A stretch of DNA of 38,240 nucleotides from an uncultured Clostridia bacterium (GTDB lineage: Bacteria > Bacillota > Clostridia > TANB77 > CAG-508). The notes under the pieces are model-generated. The model was not told the DNA's origin, made no database searches, and saw nothing but the letters and a program-made list of their open reading frames with translations. This document shows positions 6,766 to 16,519 of this stretch, piece by piece (within the stretch, counting starts at the first letter, position 1; every line of letters starts with the position of its first letter). Location of the stretch: NCBI GenBank assembly GCA_947628015.1, contig CANQYG010000002.1, positions 1 through 38,240 of the forward strand. The letters run 5' to 3'. The translations under genes and the position numbers were made by a program.

Positions 6766-7629
6766 ATGAACGTAGCAAATGATTGGAAAGATTATGAAAT
6801 ACTAGATATGGCAAATGGAGAAAAATTAGAAAGATGGGGAAATATAACATTAATTAGACCTGACCCACAAATAATTTGGAAAGAAAAATCTTTTCCAAAA
6901 TTATGGGATAAAGCTGATGCTAGATATGAAAGAAGTGCATCAGGAGGAGGCTCTTGGAGCTATAATAAAAAGATTCCAGCATCTTGGAATATAAAATATA
7001 AAGATTTAACATTTAATGTAAAGCCTATGGGATTTAAGCACACAGGCTTATTTCCTGAGCAAGCTGTAAATTGGGATTGGATGATAGAAAAAATAAAAAA
7101 AGCCAATAGACCAATTAATGTATTGAATTTATTTGCATATACAGGAGGAGCAACTGTTGCATGTCTTTATGCTGGAGCTCAAGTTGTGCATGTAGATAGC
7201 TCGAAAGGAATGACAGAATGGGCAAAAGAAAATGTTACAAGTTCAAATTTAAGAGATAAAAAAGTAAGATTTTTAATAGATGATGTAGTTAAATTTGTCA
7301 ACAGAGAAATAAGAAGAAATAATAAATATGATGCAATTATAATGGATCCACCATCTTATGGAAGAGGAACAAATGGAGAAGTATGGAAATTTGAAGATAA
7401 TATATTTGAATTAGTTAAATTATGTACAAATGTACTTTCAGATAATCCATTATTTTTCCTAATAAATTCATATACAACAGGAATTTCAAGTGAAGTTTTA
7501 GAAAATATATTAAAACTTACAATTCCGAAGAAAGTAAATGGAAAATTTTCAAATGGTGAGATAGGTTTACCACAAGCAAACTCTAAGTTAATACTACCAT
7601 GTGGAATATATGGAAGATGGGAAGAATAA
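6766..7629 (+). CDS. Class I SAM-dependent methyltransferase (RlmK/RlmI-like rRNA methyltransferase family)
   Basis: NLFAYTGGATVA (SAM-binding loop) and IIMDPPSYGRG (DPP motif). SD GAAAGGAA upstream. Confidence 0.75.
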   Translation: MNVANDWKDYEILDMANGEKLERWGNITLIRPDPQIIWKEKSFPKLWDKADARYERSASGGGSWSYNKKIPASWNIKYKDLTFNVKPMGFKHTGLFPEQAVNWDWMIEKIKKANRPINVLNLFAYTGGATVACLYAGAQVVHVDSSKGMTEWAKENVTSSNLRDKKVRFLIDDVVKFVNREIRRNNKYDAIIMDPPSYGRGTNGEVWKFEDNIFELVKLCTNVLSDNPLFFLINSYTTGISSEVLENILKLTIPKKVNGKFSNGEIGLPQANSKLILPCGIYGRWEE

Positions 7630-7632
7630 AAA

Positions 7633-8343
7633 ATGAAGATTTTATATGAAGATAATCACATAATAGTCGTAGAAAAGATGCCGGGAATACCATCACAAGG
7701 GGATAAAACAGAAGATAAAGATATGCTTACAATAATTAAAGAATATTTAAAAGAAAAATATGAAAAACCAGGAAATGTTTATTTAGGATTAGTTCATAGA
7801 CTAGATAGACCAGTTGGTGGAGTAATGGTATTTGCAAAAACATCAAAAGCAGCATCAAGATTAAGTGAAGAAGTAAGAAATAAAAGTTTTAATAAAACAT
7901 ATTTAGTAGTTGTAAATGGAAAGATGGAACAGGAAAAAGCACAATTAGAGGATTATTTGTGGAAAGACCAACAGAAAAATACGAGTTATGTTGTAAGAGA
8001 AAATAAAAAAAATAGTAAAAAGGCAGTATTAGACTATGAAGTGCTAAAATATGATGAAAAAGAAAATGTTTCTGTGCTTAAAGTTAATTTGCATACAGGA
8101 AGACATCATCAAATAAGAGTGCAACTTTCTAGTAGAGGTCATAGCATAATAGGAGATGGAAAATATCACGGAAGAGAGTCTAATGGAAATCTTTATTTGT
8201 GGGCTTATAAGTTAGAATTTGCACATCCTACAACAAAAGAACGTTTAACATTTATTGATTTACCAGAAATGAAAGGAATGTGGGAAGAATTAAAAGATAT
8301 TGATGAAATTAAAAATAATATTGAAATAAAAAATAGAAAATAA
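7633..8343 (+). CDS. RluA-family pseudouridine synthase
   Basis: HRLDRPVGGVMVFAKT catalytic motif. It starts 4 nt after the methyltransferase gene stop. Confidence 0.85.
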   Translation: MKILYEDNHIIVVEKMPGIPSQGDKTEDKDMLTIIKEYLKEKYEKPGNVYLGLVHRLDRPVGGVMVFAKTSKAASRLSEEVRNKSFNKTYLVVVNGKMEQEKAQLEDYLWKDQQKNTSYVVRENKKNSKKAVLDYEVLKYDEKENVSVLKVNLHTGRHHQIRVQLSSRGHSIIGDGKYHGRESNGNLYLWAYKLEFAHPTTKERLTFIDLPEMKGMWEELKDIDEIKNNIEIKNRK

Positions 8344-8398
8344 TTGAAAAAAATTAGTTAGTATTATATGATTGTAAAAAAAGAAGGAATTTAAAATT

Positions 8399-8824
8399 AT
8401 GGATAAAAAGAAAATAACATTAAGTGGACTAATTATTTTGGTAATGGTAATATTAGTAGATTTTACTTTAAAAAAAATATCTTTAGCTGAAAATATAACA
8501 ATAATACCTAATGTATTAAGTTTAAGTTATGCAGAAAATTTTAGCCTAACTACTAGTACAATTATAATTAATTTATTATTAATGCTCTTTGTTATAGGCC
8601 TAATAATTTATTACACAAAAAAGAAAAGCAAATCGGTAATTCCTCTTTATATAATCTTAGCGGGAGAAACTGGAAATTTATTGGATAGATTAATTAATGG
8701 ATATGTGATTGATTATATAAAAATATTTAACAATTCAGCGATTACTATATCAGATATATCAATTACGATAGGAATAATAGCCTTGGTTATTTGTGTAATA
8801 AAATATTTCATAAAGAAAAAGTGA
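8399..8824 (+). CDS. lspA: Lipoprotein signal peptidase (signal peptidase II), divergent
   Basis: Four hydrophobic segments, with GNLLDRLINGYVIDYI and ISDISITIG motifs. Confidence 0.65.
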   Translation: MDKKKITLSGLIILVMVILVDFTLKKISLAENITIIPNVLSLSYAENFSLTTSTIIINLLLMLFVIGLIIYYTKKKSKSVIPLYIILAGETGNLLDRLINGYVIDYIKIFNNSAITISDISITIGIIALVICVIKYFIKKK

Positions 8825-8858
8825 TTATGAAATTCTATAAAATATAGGGAGCATAACT

Positions 8859-9692
8859 ATGAATATAAAAAGCAAATTACCAATAGTGCAGAAAATAATA
8901 AATAACATGGAGAAAGATCACATAAGTGAATCTTCTGCTCAATGTGCTTATTATGTTATATTGTCATTTGTACCATTTATAATATTATTATTAACATTAA
9001 TTCAATATACAGGAGTAGAGCCACAACAATTATTTAATATAATATCAGAAGTAATGCCAGCAGATATGAGTGGAGCAGTATTAAGTGTAATTATGGAAGT
9101 ATATTCAAAATCAATAGGAACAATTTCTTTATCAATAATTTTTACTTTATTTGCAGCAGATAAGGGATTGTTTGCATTAATAAAAGGCTTGCATACAGTA
9201 TATGAATTTAATGATAAACAGAAAAAATCAATTATATATTTGAAGTTAATATCATTATTAAAGACAATAGCCTTTGTTGTAATAATAGTAATAGGACTAG
9301 TTATGTTGGTATTTGGTAGCACTATAATTTCAACAATACAAGAAAAATTTGGACTTTTAAAAGACTATACAATAATTTCTGATATGATAACTCATTTGAT
9401 TTATATATTTGCTTTTTTTGTAATATTTTTATGTATCTACAAATTTTTGCCAGGATATAAAATAACATTTAGAAGTCAAATAAGGGGAGCACTTTTTGGA
9501 TCAGTTGCGTTAAATATTGTATCATTTATATTTTCTATATATTTAGAAATATTTAAAGGATTTTCTACAACTTATGGAAGTTTGACTGCTTTAATGCTTA
9601 TAATGATGTGGACTTATGCTTGTTTTTATATAATATTTTTAGGAGCAGAAATAAATAAATTTTATAGTATGAAAAAAGCTAACTTTAAATAG
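8859..9692 (+). CDS. YihY/BrkB-family membrane protein
   Basis: Polytopic membrane protein with SAQCAYYVILSFVPFI and FLGAEIN family signatures. Confidence 0.75.
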   Translation: MNIKSKLPIVQKIINNMEKDHISESSAQCAYYVILSFVPFIILLLTLIQYTGVEPQQLFNIISEVMPADMSGAVLSVIMEVYSKSIGTISLSIIFTLFAADKGLFALIKGLHTVYEFNDKQKKSIIYLKLISLLKTIAFVVIIVIGLVMLVFGSTIISTIQEKFGLLKDYTIISDMITHLIYIFAFFVIFLCIYKFLPGYKITFRSQIRGALFGSVALNIVSFIFSIYLEIFKGFSTTYGSLTALMLIMMWTYACFYIIFLGAEINKFYSMKKANFK

Positions 9693-9761
9693 TTAATTTT
9701 TCTCATTTTATTTCAATATTTTCTTTCATTTTAAGATTTTATGTTCAAATAAAAAATTATA

Positions 9762-9947
9762 ATTAATGTAAAAACTTAATAAAAATTACTATGTTAGAAA
9801 TATAGCATAATATCAATATAAAATCAATAAAATAAAAATTAAAAGTTTGTAATAATTTTATAGAAAATAGAAAAGAAAAATTTTATAAAAGCTTAAGGTA
9901 AGCCTATTATAAGATTTTTTACTTTTTTATTAAGTTTTTACCTTAAT
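9762..9947. promoter_or_regulatory. IR-bounded switch-like element, copy 3 (candidate invertible promoter)
   Basis: 24-bp inverted repeat attaatgtaaaaacttaataaaaa (9762-9785) / tttttattaagtttttaccttaat (9924-9947), with one mismatch (9767 vs 9942), encloses 138 bp. Inside is a minus-strand promoter TTGATT-17-TGcTATATT (9827 down to 9799). An imperfect hairpin spans about 9871-9926 with an inner GCTTA/TAAGC stem (9891-9895 / 9899-9903). Confidence 0.6.
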
Positions 9948-9984
9948 AAAAATAACATAATGTAAAATTGGAGGGATAAAACAA

Positions 9985-11226
9985 ATGAAATGTAAGGAAA
10001 TACAAGAAAAAGAAAAGATACTTAATAAGAAAAAAGTACAGAAATTAAAAGAAAAAGGAATAACATTAATAGCGCTTGTTGTAACAATAATAATATTGTT
10101 AATATTAGCAGGAGTGACATTAAATATGGCAATGTCAGGAGATGGATTGTTTAGCAAAGCAAGAGATGCAGCAGATAAGTATAAAAAAGCACAAGAAAAT
10201 GAAGAAAAAATATTAGAAGAAGTAGTAGATGATATGGAAAACATAAATATTGATTACAACGATTATGTTGGAGCATATGTAGAAGGATATGAACCAACAA
10301 GCGGAACTTGTACAATAAAAGGAACACAATCTGGAAAAAATGAGGATAAAACATTTTCTACAACAGGAGAAACAAAAGGTATAGAATGGAGAATCTGGGA
10401 CTATGATGGAACAACAATAAGATTAATATCCGATAAGCCAACAGAACAAACATTAACATTAACTGGAACAAATGGATATAATAATGGAGTATGGATAGTA
10501 AATGAAATTTGTAGGCAATGTTTTGGTCAATATGAAAATGGAGAAATGAAACAGGGAATAAATGTGGCAAATTTAAGGAGAAGTGATATTCAAAAGATAA
10601 GTACATATGATTATACCAAATTTGCACGTGTGAATGGAGACTGGGAAGATAAAGAAAATGGAGATATAAAATATGGAAGTAGCAAACCATATAGTAATTC
10701 AAAAAATCCTAAAATATGGGTAAATTATGATAAAAAATGGGAATATGAAAATAAAGATGGTGTAGGTAGTGGAGAAGATAAAGAAGGACTAATATTTGAA
10801 GAAGAAGGAACAAATGATGAAAGTATTGATGGATTGGGTGAAAGTGAGGATATTACCACGATTAAACAATCTGTATATTCACATAGGTATATAAAAGAAG
10901 ATTTTAAAAATATGAAATATTATGATATTATTTTTAATGGAAAAGATTACGAAGATGATTTTTGGTTATCAACACGAGGGTGTAATGTTCAGGATACTTT
11001 TTGTGATTTTGGATTAAACTATATTGCAATACATAGTGGAAATGAAACTTATGTAGTTTTAGAATCAATTACCAATACAACAGGTGGTTTGGGACTTAGA
11101 GAAACACAAACGAAGAAACTACGTCCTATTGTTTCAATAAATTTAAAGAGTAGTGGATATTCATTAAAAAAGATAAGAGGCTCTGACGGAAAAGTAGGTT
11201 TTAAGTTACAACAGAGTGGGAGCTAA
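9985..11226 (+). CDS. Pilin-like N-terminally anchored surface protein, paralog C (intact)
   Basis: 413 aa with the same leader and helix (KEKGITLIALVVTIIILLILAGVTL). It is colinear with paralog A (YVGAY..GY.PTSG.CTI, WRIWDYDGTT, GYNNGV, CRQCFGQYE, VANLRRSDI, LRPIVSINLK). Confidence 0.8.
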   Translation: MKCKEIQEKEKILNKKKVQKLKEKGITLIALVVTIIILLILAGVTLNMAMSGDGLFSKARDAADKYKKAQENEEKILEEVVDDMENINIDYNDYVGAYVEGYEPTSGTCTIKGTQSGKNEDKTFSTTGETKGIEWRIWDYDGTTIRLISDKPTEQTLTLTGTNGYNNGVWIVNEICRQCFGQYENGEMKQGINVANLRRSDIQKISTYDYTKFARVNGDWEDKENGDIKYGSSKPYSNSKNPKIWVNYDKKWEYENKDGVGSGEDKEGLIFEEEGTNDESIDGLGESEDITTIKQSVYSHRYIKEDFKNMKYYDIIFNGKDYEDDFWLSTRGCNVQDTFCDFGLNYIAIHSGNETYVVLESITNTTGGLGLRETQTKKLRPIVSINLKSSGYSLKKIRGSDGKVGFKLQQSGS

Positions 11227-11296
11227 CTAACTTTTTACAGAAAAAAAGTGACGAAAAATTTTAATTACAAAAAATAGAAAAAATAATTTAGAACTT

Positions 11297-11330
11297 CAAA
11301 CAAGATTATTTGAATATAATCTTGTTTTTT
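11297..11330 (+). terminator. Rho-independent terminator after paralog C
   Basis: aaacaagattat (11297-11308), loop ttgaat, ataatcttgttt (11315-11326), then a T-run. Confidence 0.7.
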
Positions 11331-11421
11331 TCATAAAATTAGTTATATAATATAAAAGGATAATGAGGTTTTAAATAAAACATATTATAAAATATAACTC
11401 GTAAGCCAGTAAGGAGAGGTT

Positions 11422-12915
11422 ATGATATTAAAAAATATTTTGATGGGAATTCAAGGTTTAAAAGCCAAAGGAAATTTAGAATTAGATATAGGAAATATAA
11501 CAAGTGATTCTAGACAAATAAAACAAGGAGACTTTTTTATTGCTATAAAAGGATTTGAAACAGATGGTCATGAATATGTTTCACAAGCTGTAAAAGCAGG
11601 AGCAACAGCAGTTTTAGTAAATGAAGATAGAGTAAAAGAAATTATAAAAGATATTCCAGAAAATGTTACATTAATTGCAGCACCAGATTCAAGAGTTGCT
11701 ATGTCAAAATGTGCTTGTAATTTTTATGACAATCCTTCAAGAAAGTTTACTTTAATTGGGGTAACAGGAACAAAAGGAAAAACAACAACAACTTTTATGA
11801 TTAAAGAAATTCTTCAAAGGCAAGGTATTAAAACTGGATTAATAGGAACAATTGCAACTTATATAGGAGATAAAAAATTAGAAGATAGTGACAGAACTAC
11901 ACCAGATAGTATAAAATTACAAAGCTTATTTGCAAAAATGGTTGAAGAAAAATGTAATGCTGTTGTAATGGAAGTTTCATCACAAAGCTTAAAATTACAT
12001 AGAGTTGATGGTTGTGATTTTAATATAGGTGTATTTACTAATTTTTCAGAAGACCATATTAGTGAAAAAGAACATCCTAATATGGAAGATTATTTTAATT
12101 CAAAGGCAATGTTATTTAAAATGTGTCCTTATGGATTTATAAATGTAGACGATTTTAATTTGACTAAATTACCTAAAATGTCTCCAAATTGTGAGATTAA
12201 ATCTTATGGAATTGATAATGAATGTGATATGCTTGCAAAAGATATCACGATAACTAATTCTTATGTTGATTTCAGAGTAAAAGTTAATGGTAAAAATGAA
12301 AGAATAAAAACTTTTATACCAGGAAGATTCAGCGTTTACAACAGTTTAGCAGCAATATCAGTTGCTGAAAGATTAGGATGCGATACTGAAAATATTAAAA
12401 CTGCACTTGAAGAAGTTCGTGTTCCAGGTAGAAGTGAATTAGTAGATAACAAGCTTGATTTAACATTAATGATTGACTATGCTCATTCACCTGAAAGTTT
12501 ACAAAGTATTTTACAAGCTGTTAAAGCATATACAAGAGGAAAAGTTATTTCTGTATTTGGATGTGGAGGAGACAGAGATCCAGGAAAAAGACCAATAATG
12601 GGTGAAATTTCTGGTAAAATTGCAAATTACACAATAATTACTTCTGATAATCCTCGTACTGAAAATCCAGAAAAAATAGTTAATCAAATAGAAGAAGGAA
12701 TAAAAAAGACAAAAGGTAAATATGAATGTATAGTAGATAGAACAGAGGCCATAAAAAAAGCTATTGAAATGGCACAAAAAAATGATATTGTTGTATTAGC
12801 AGGAAAAGGACATGAGACATATCAAGAAATAAATCATATTAAAAATCCTTATGATGAAAGGGTTATTATAAGGGATGTAATTGAAGAAATTATTTCTGAA
12901 AGAAATAGCAAATAG
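11422..12915 (+). CDS. murE: UDP-N-acetylmuramoyl-L-alanyl-D-glutamate--2,6-diaminopimelate ligase
   Basis: GVTGTKGKTTT P-loop and a DNPR motif (TSDNPRTENP) typical of DAP-adding MurE. SD AAGGAGAGG. Confidence 0.9.
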   Translation: MILKNILMGIQGLKAKGNLELDIGNITSDSRQIKQGDFFIAIKGFETDGHEYVSQAVKAGATAVLVNEDRVKEIIKDIPENVTLIAAPDSRVAMSKCACNFYDNPSRKFTLIGVTGTKGKTTTTFMIKEILQRQGIKTGLIGTIATYIGDKKLEDSDRTTPDSIKLQSLFAKMVEEKCNAVVMEVSSQSLKLHRVDGCDFNIGVFTNFSEDHISEKEHPNMEDYFNSKAMLFKMCPYGFINVDDFNLTKLPKMSPNCEIKSYGIDNECDMLAKDITITNSYVDFRVKVNGKNERIKTFIPGRFSVYNSLAAISVAERLGCDTENIKTALEEVRVPGRSELVDNKLDLTLMIDYAHSPESLQSILQAVKAYTRGKVISVFGCGGDRDPGKRPIMGEISGKIANYTIITSDNPRTENPEKIVNQIEEGIKKTKGKYECIVDRTEAIKKAIEMAQKNDIVVLAGKGHETYQEINHIKNPYDERVIIRDVIEEIISERNSK

Positions 12916-12945
12916 TATGTCTATTCAATTTAAGGGGGAAAACTA

Positions 12946-13923
12946 ATGAGCTTTCAAATAAAGATATTACTGCTTTCTTTTACAGTCAGTGTAGTAATAT
13001 CATTGATAGTAATGCCAGCATTAAGGAAATTAAAAGTAGGTCAATCTGAAAGAGAAGATGGACCAAAGTCACATTTAAATAAAAAAGGTACGACAACTAT
13101 GGGTGGAATAATCTTGATACTTTCAACTTTATTTTTAAGTGCATTTTTATATATAGATTATGCAGCACAAGAAATAGAAATCGCAACAAGATTACTTCCA
13201 ATGATATTTGTAACGATTGGTTTTGGAGTAATAGGATTTATAGATGATTTTAAAAAAGTAGTGCTTCACAATACTGATGGTATAAGTGCTAAAGCCAAAA
13301 TGTTTGGATTACTGATAATCTCTCTAATATATGTAATTATGCTAGTTTTTATATTTAAGAATGGAACAGACATATATATACCATTTTTTAAAACATATAT
13401 AACATTGCCTATATGGCTATATATACCTTTTGCAATAATTGTAATTTTAGGAACAACAAATGCTGTAAACTTAACAGATGGAATTGATGGACTTTCAACA
13501 AGCGTAACAACAATTATATTAACTTGTTTAACAGTTATATCAATAATTTTTGGAGTAAAAGAAACAACAATATTTGGTTGTATTGTAATAGGTTCAGGAC
13601 TAGGATTTTTATTATTTAACTTGCATCCAGCACATATTTTTATGGGAGATACAGGTTCACTTCTTTTAGGTGGAGCAATTGCAGGAATTTCTTTATATTT
13701 AAAAATGCCTTTACTACTTTTAATTATAGCAATAGTTCCAATAATAGAAACCTTATCTGTAATATTGCAAGTTGCTTATTATAAAAAGACTAAAAAAAGA
13801 TTATTTAAAATGGCACCGATTCATCATCACTTTGAACTAATGGGATGGAAAGAAAACAAAATAGTTTCAACATTCAGTATTATTACACTAATTGCATCAA
13901 TTATTGGAATATTAGCAATATAA
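12946..13923 (+). CDS. mraY: Phospho-N-acetylmuramoyl-pentapeptide transferase
   Basis: Polytopic membrane protein with NAVNLTDGIDGL and MGDTGSLLLGG motifs. Confidence 0.95.
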   Translation: MSFQIKILLLSFTVSVVISLIVMPALRKLKVGQSEREDGPKSHLNKKGTTTMGGIILILSTLFLSAFLYIDYAAQEIEIATRLLPMIFVTIGFGVIGFIDDFKKVVLHNTDGISAKAKMFGLLIISLIYVIMLVFIFKNGTDIYIPFFKTYITLPIWLYIPFAIIVILGTTNAVNLTDGIDGLSTSVTTIILTCLTVISIIFGVKETTIFGCIVIGSGLGFLLFNLHPAHIFMGDTGSLLLGGAIAGISLYLKMPLLLLIIAIVPIIETLSVILQVAYYKKTKKRLFKMAPIHHHFELMGWKENKIVSTFSIITLIASIIGILAI

Positions 13924-13926
13924 AAT

Positions 13927-13992
13927 GGTTTATAGGTAAAGCCTTAAAACCTAAATTCTATAAGGAGATGTGTTAGCTAAAAACTAGCATAT
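13927..13992 (+). repeat. Structured intergenic repeat, copy A (after mraY)
   Basis: ggtttatag...cctaaaa...ctaaat...taaggagat, then a 9-bp RNA stem (13968-13976 with 13984-13992, including two G-U pairs). It is similar to 15239-15307. Confidence 0.5.
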
Positions 13993-14001
13993 TCGGAGAA
14001 A

Positions 14002-15237
14002 ATGCAAAAACAAAAAAAGGCAAATTCTAATAATCGAAAATCTACAAATAAAAGAAGGAATGTTTCTAAAAATGTAGAGCAATCTCATAATTATACTAAT
14101 ATTACTAAAATAGCAAACTTTCAAGGCAAAAATAAAATGGATATGCCTCTTGTTATAGTTGTGTTAATACTTATTTCTTTAGGTATAGTAATGGTACTTT
14201 CTGCGAGTGCTCCTTCAGCTTTAGCAGACTTTGGAAATAGTTATCATTATGTAATAACACAAGGAATAGCAGCTATTTTAGGACTTATTGCAATGATGGT
14301 ACTATCAAAAGTAGATTATAGAATATTTCAAAAATTTTATTGGTGGATATATGCTTTTTCAATATTAATAATATTTACAGTTTTGATACCAGGTGTAGGT
14401 ATGGAGGTATCAGGAGCAAGAAGATGGATTAAATTAGGATTTCAAATTCAACCATCAGAGATAACAAAAATAGGTTTAATCATTTCACTTGCAGGATATT
14501 TTAGTGATAAGAAAAATAAACTAGATGGTTTTTGGAAAGGATGTTTTGTACCACTAATTATGGCAGCAGTTCCAATACTTTTACTATATAAAATACAAAA
14601 CCATTTAAGTGCTGGTATTATTATTGCAATGGTAGCAGTAATAATGATAATTATTAGTGGATGTCAATTAAAGTATTTATTCAGTTTAGCAGGAGTAGGA
14701 ATAACAGGAGTATTAGGAATTTTAATTTTATTAAAAGATAAGTTATCTTCTGGATTTAGGTCAGATAGAGTTATGGCTTGGCTAAATCCTTGGGAAGATA
14801 CAAGTGGAACATCTTATCAAACAGTTCAAGGTCTTTATGCAATTGGCTCAGGTGGATTATTTGGAGTAGGACTAGGAGAAAGTAAACAAAAATATTTATA
14901 CATACCAGAAGCGCACAATGACTTTATATTTGCGATACTTGCTGAAGAACTAGGATTTGTAGGTTGCTTATTAGTAATAGTATTATTTGCTATTCTAGTT
15001 GTAAGAGGAGTATTAATTGCAATAAGGTCAGAAGATACATTTGGTAGTTTGGTAGCGATTGGTATAACTGCATTAATTGCTGTTCAAGTAATTTTAAATA
15101 TTGCCGTTGTAACAAACACTATACCAAATACAGGTATTTCACTTCCATTTTTAAGTTATGGAGGAAGTTCATTAATTATTTTATTATCAAGTATAGGAGT
15201 ATTGCTTAATATTTCACGTTCTGCTAAGAAAATATAA
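14002..15237 (+). CDS. ftsW: FtsW/RodA/SpoVE-family peptidoglycan glycosyltransferase
   Basis: SEDS-family polytopic protein in dcw context, with a basic N-terminal extension. It could equally be the sporulation paralog spoVE. Confidence 0.85.
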   Translation: MQKQKKANSNNRKSTNKRRNVSKNVEQSHNYTNITKIANFQGKNKMDMPLVIVVLILISLGIVMVLSASAPSALADFGNSYHYVITQGIAAILGLIAMMVLSKVDYRIFQKFYWWIYAFSILIIFTVLIPGVGMEVSGARRWIKLGFQIQPSEITKIGLIISLAGYFSDKKNKLDGFWKGCFVPLIMAAVPILLLYKIQNHLSAGIIIAMVAVIMIIISGCQLKYLFSLAGVGITGVLGILILLKDKLSSGFRSDRVMAWLNPWEDTSGTSYQTVQGLYAIGSGGLFGVGLGESKQKYLYIPEAHNDFIFAILAEELGFVGCLLVIVLFAILVVRGVLIAIRSEDTFGSLVAIGITALIAVQVILNIAVVTNTIPNTGISLPFLSYGGSSLIILLSSIGVLLNISRSAKKI

Positions 15238-15238
15238 A

Positions 15239-15307
15239 GGTTTATAGATTAACCTAAAAAATCTAAATATTGAATGTAAGGAGATATGTTAATTTAAAAT
15301 TAACATA
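15239..15307 (+). repeat. Structured intergenic repeat, copy B (after ftsW)
   Basis: Same block order as copy A. The terminal stem is 15285-15293 with 15299-15307, all Watson-Crick, and covaries with copy A. Confidence 0.5.
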
Positions 15308-15317
15308 AAATTAAAAG

Positions 15318-16430
15318 TTGAGAGTAATTATTGCAGCTGCTGGAACAGCGGGACACATTAATCCAGGAATAGCAATAGCAAATAAGATTAAGGAAGAAGA
15401 ACCAGACTCAAAAATTATTTTTATAGGAACTGGAAAAGGATTAGAAAAAGACTTAACTTCAAGAGCAGGATATGAACTTAAAACAATAGATGCTTATGGC
15501 TTTAGTAAAAAAATAAGTATTGATAACTTGAAAAAAATGATAAAAACCTTAAAAGGTTTTAAACAAGCAAAAAAAATTATAAAAGAATTTAAACCTGACA
15601 TTGTTATTGGTACAGGTGGATATATTTGTGGTGCAGTAATTTCATCTGCACATAGTTTTAAAATACCAACTATGCTACACGAAAGCAATGCATATCCGGG
15701 TTTAGCAGTTAAAATGTTAGCTAAAAAAACAGATACAATATTACTAGGAATTGAAGATGCAAAAAATAATATAAAAAAAGCAAATAAAGTTGTATATACA
15801 GGAAATCCAACAAAAGTAAAAAAACTTAATTTAAGCAGTAGTGATATAAAAAGAATAAAAAATGAATTAAAGGTAGATGAAAAACTACCTATAATATTAG
15901 TCTTTGGAGGTAGCCAAGGGGCTAAAGCAATAAATGATGCAGTAAAAGAAATTGTAAAAAAGAAATTAAATGCAAATTATCAAATAGTATGGGCAGCTGG
16001 TAAAGAGCAATATGATTTAGTAAAACAAGACTTAGAAAAATCAGGATTAGACATTAATAATATAAAAAATACAACTATTTTACCATATATATATAATATG
16101 GACGAAGTTATGAGTATATCTGATTTAGTTGTAGCAAGAAGTGGAGCAATGACATTAACAGAGCTTGCTATAATTGGAAAACCAGCAATATTTATTCCAT
16201 TACCAAGTAGCTCTGCTAATAGACAAGAAGATAATGCAAGAGTATTTGAAAAAAATGGAGCTGCAAAAGTAATATTAAATAATGAGCTAAATGCAAATAA
16301 CTTAAGTAAGGAAATAAATAATATAATAAGTAATAAAGAAATTGTTAATAATATGGGGAAAGCTGCAAGTAAAATGGCAGTTTTTGATGCTGAAAATAGG
16401 ATTTATCAAGAAATTAAAAAGCTACTCTAA
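15318..16430 (+). CDS. murG: UDP-N-acetylglucosamine--N-acetylmuramyl-(pentapeptide) pyrophosphoryl-undecaprenol GlcNAc transferase
   Basis: N-terminal AAGTAGHINPG, GT28 architecture. Apparent TTG start without a clear SD. Confidence 0.9.
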   Translation: MRVIIAAAGTAGHINPGIAIANKIKEEEPDSKIIFIGTGKGLEKDLTSRAGYELKTIDAYGFSKKISIDNLKKMIKTLKGFKQAKKIIKEFKPDIVIGTGGYICGAVISSAHSFKIPTMLHESNAYPGLAVKMLAKKTDTILLGIEDAKNNIKKANKVVYTGNPTKVKKLNLSSSDIKRIKNELKVDEKLPIILVFGGSQGAKAINDAVKEIVKKKLNANYQIVWAAGKEQYDLVKQDLEKSGLDINNIKNTTILPYIYNMDEVMSISDLVVARSGAMTLTELAIIGKPAIFIPLPSSSANRQEDNARVFEKNGAAKVILNNELNANNLSKEINNIISNKEIVNNMGKAASKMAVFDAENRIYQEIKKLL

Positions 16431-16454
16431 ACTTAAAATGTTAGTTGTTAGCTC

Positions 16455-16483
16455 TTGAAAAATATCTTATAATAAGCTAGAAT
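16455..16483 (+). promoter_or_regulatory. SigA-type promoter upstream of topA
   Basis: TTGAAA (16455-16460), 17-bp spacer, TAGAAT (16478-16483). Confidence 0.45.
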
Positions 16484-16519
16484 ATGATAATAATTAGTTA
16501 CAGAAAGGTAAATTATATA

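Noticed and set aside
13969-13977. Mini-ORFs after the SD-like AAGGAG inside the intergenic repeat (M-C-stop at 13969-13977; M-L-I-stop at 15286-15297)
   Set aside because: They are two or three codons long, with almost no SD-to-ATG spacing. The sequence is better explained as one arm of the covarying RNA stem.
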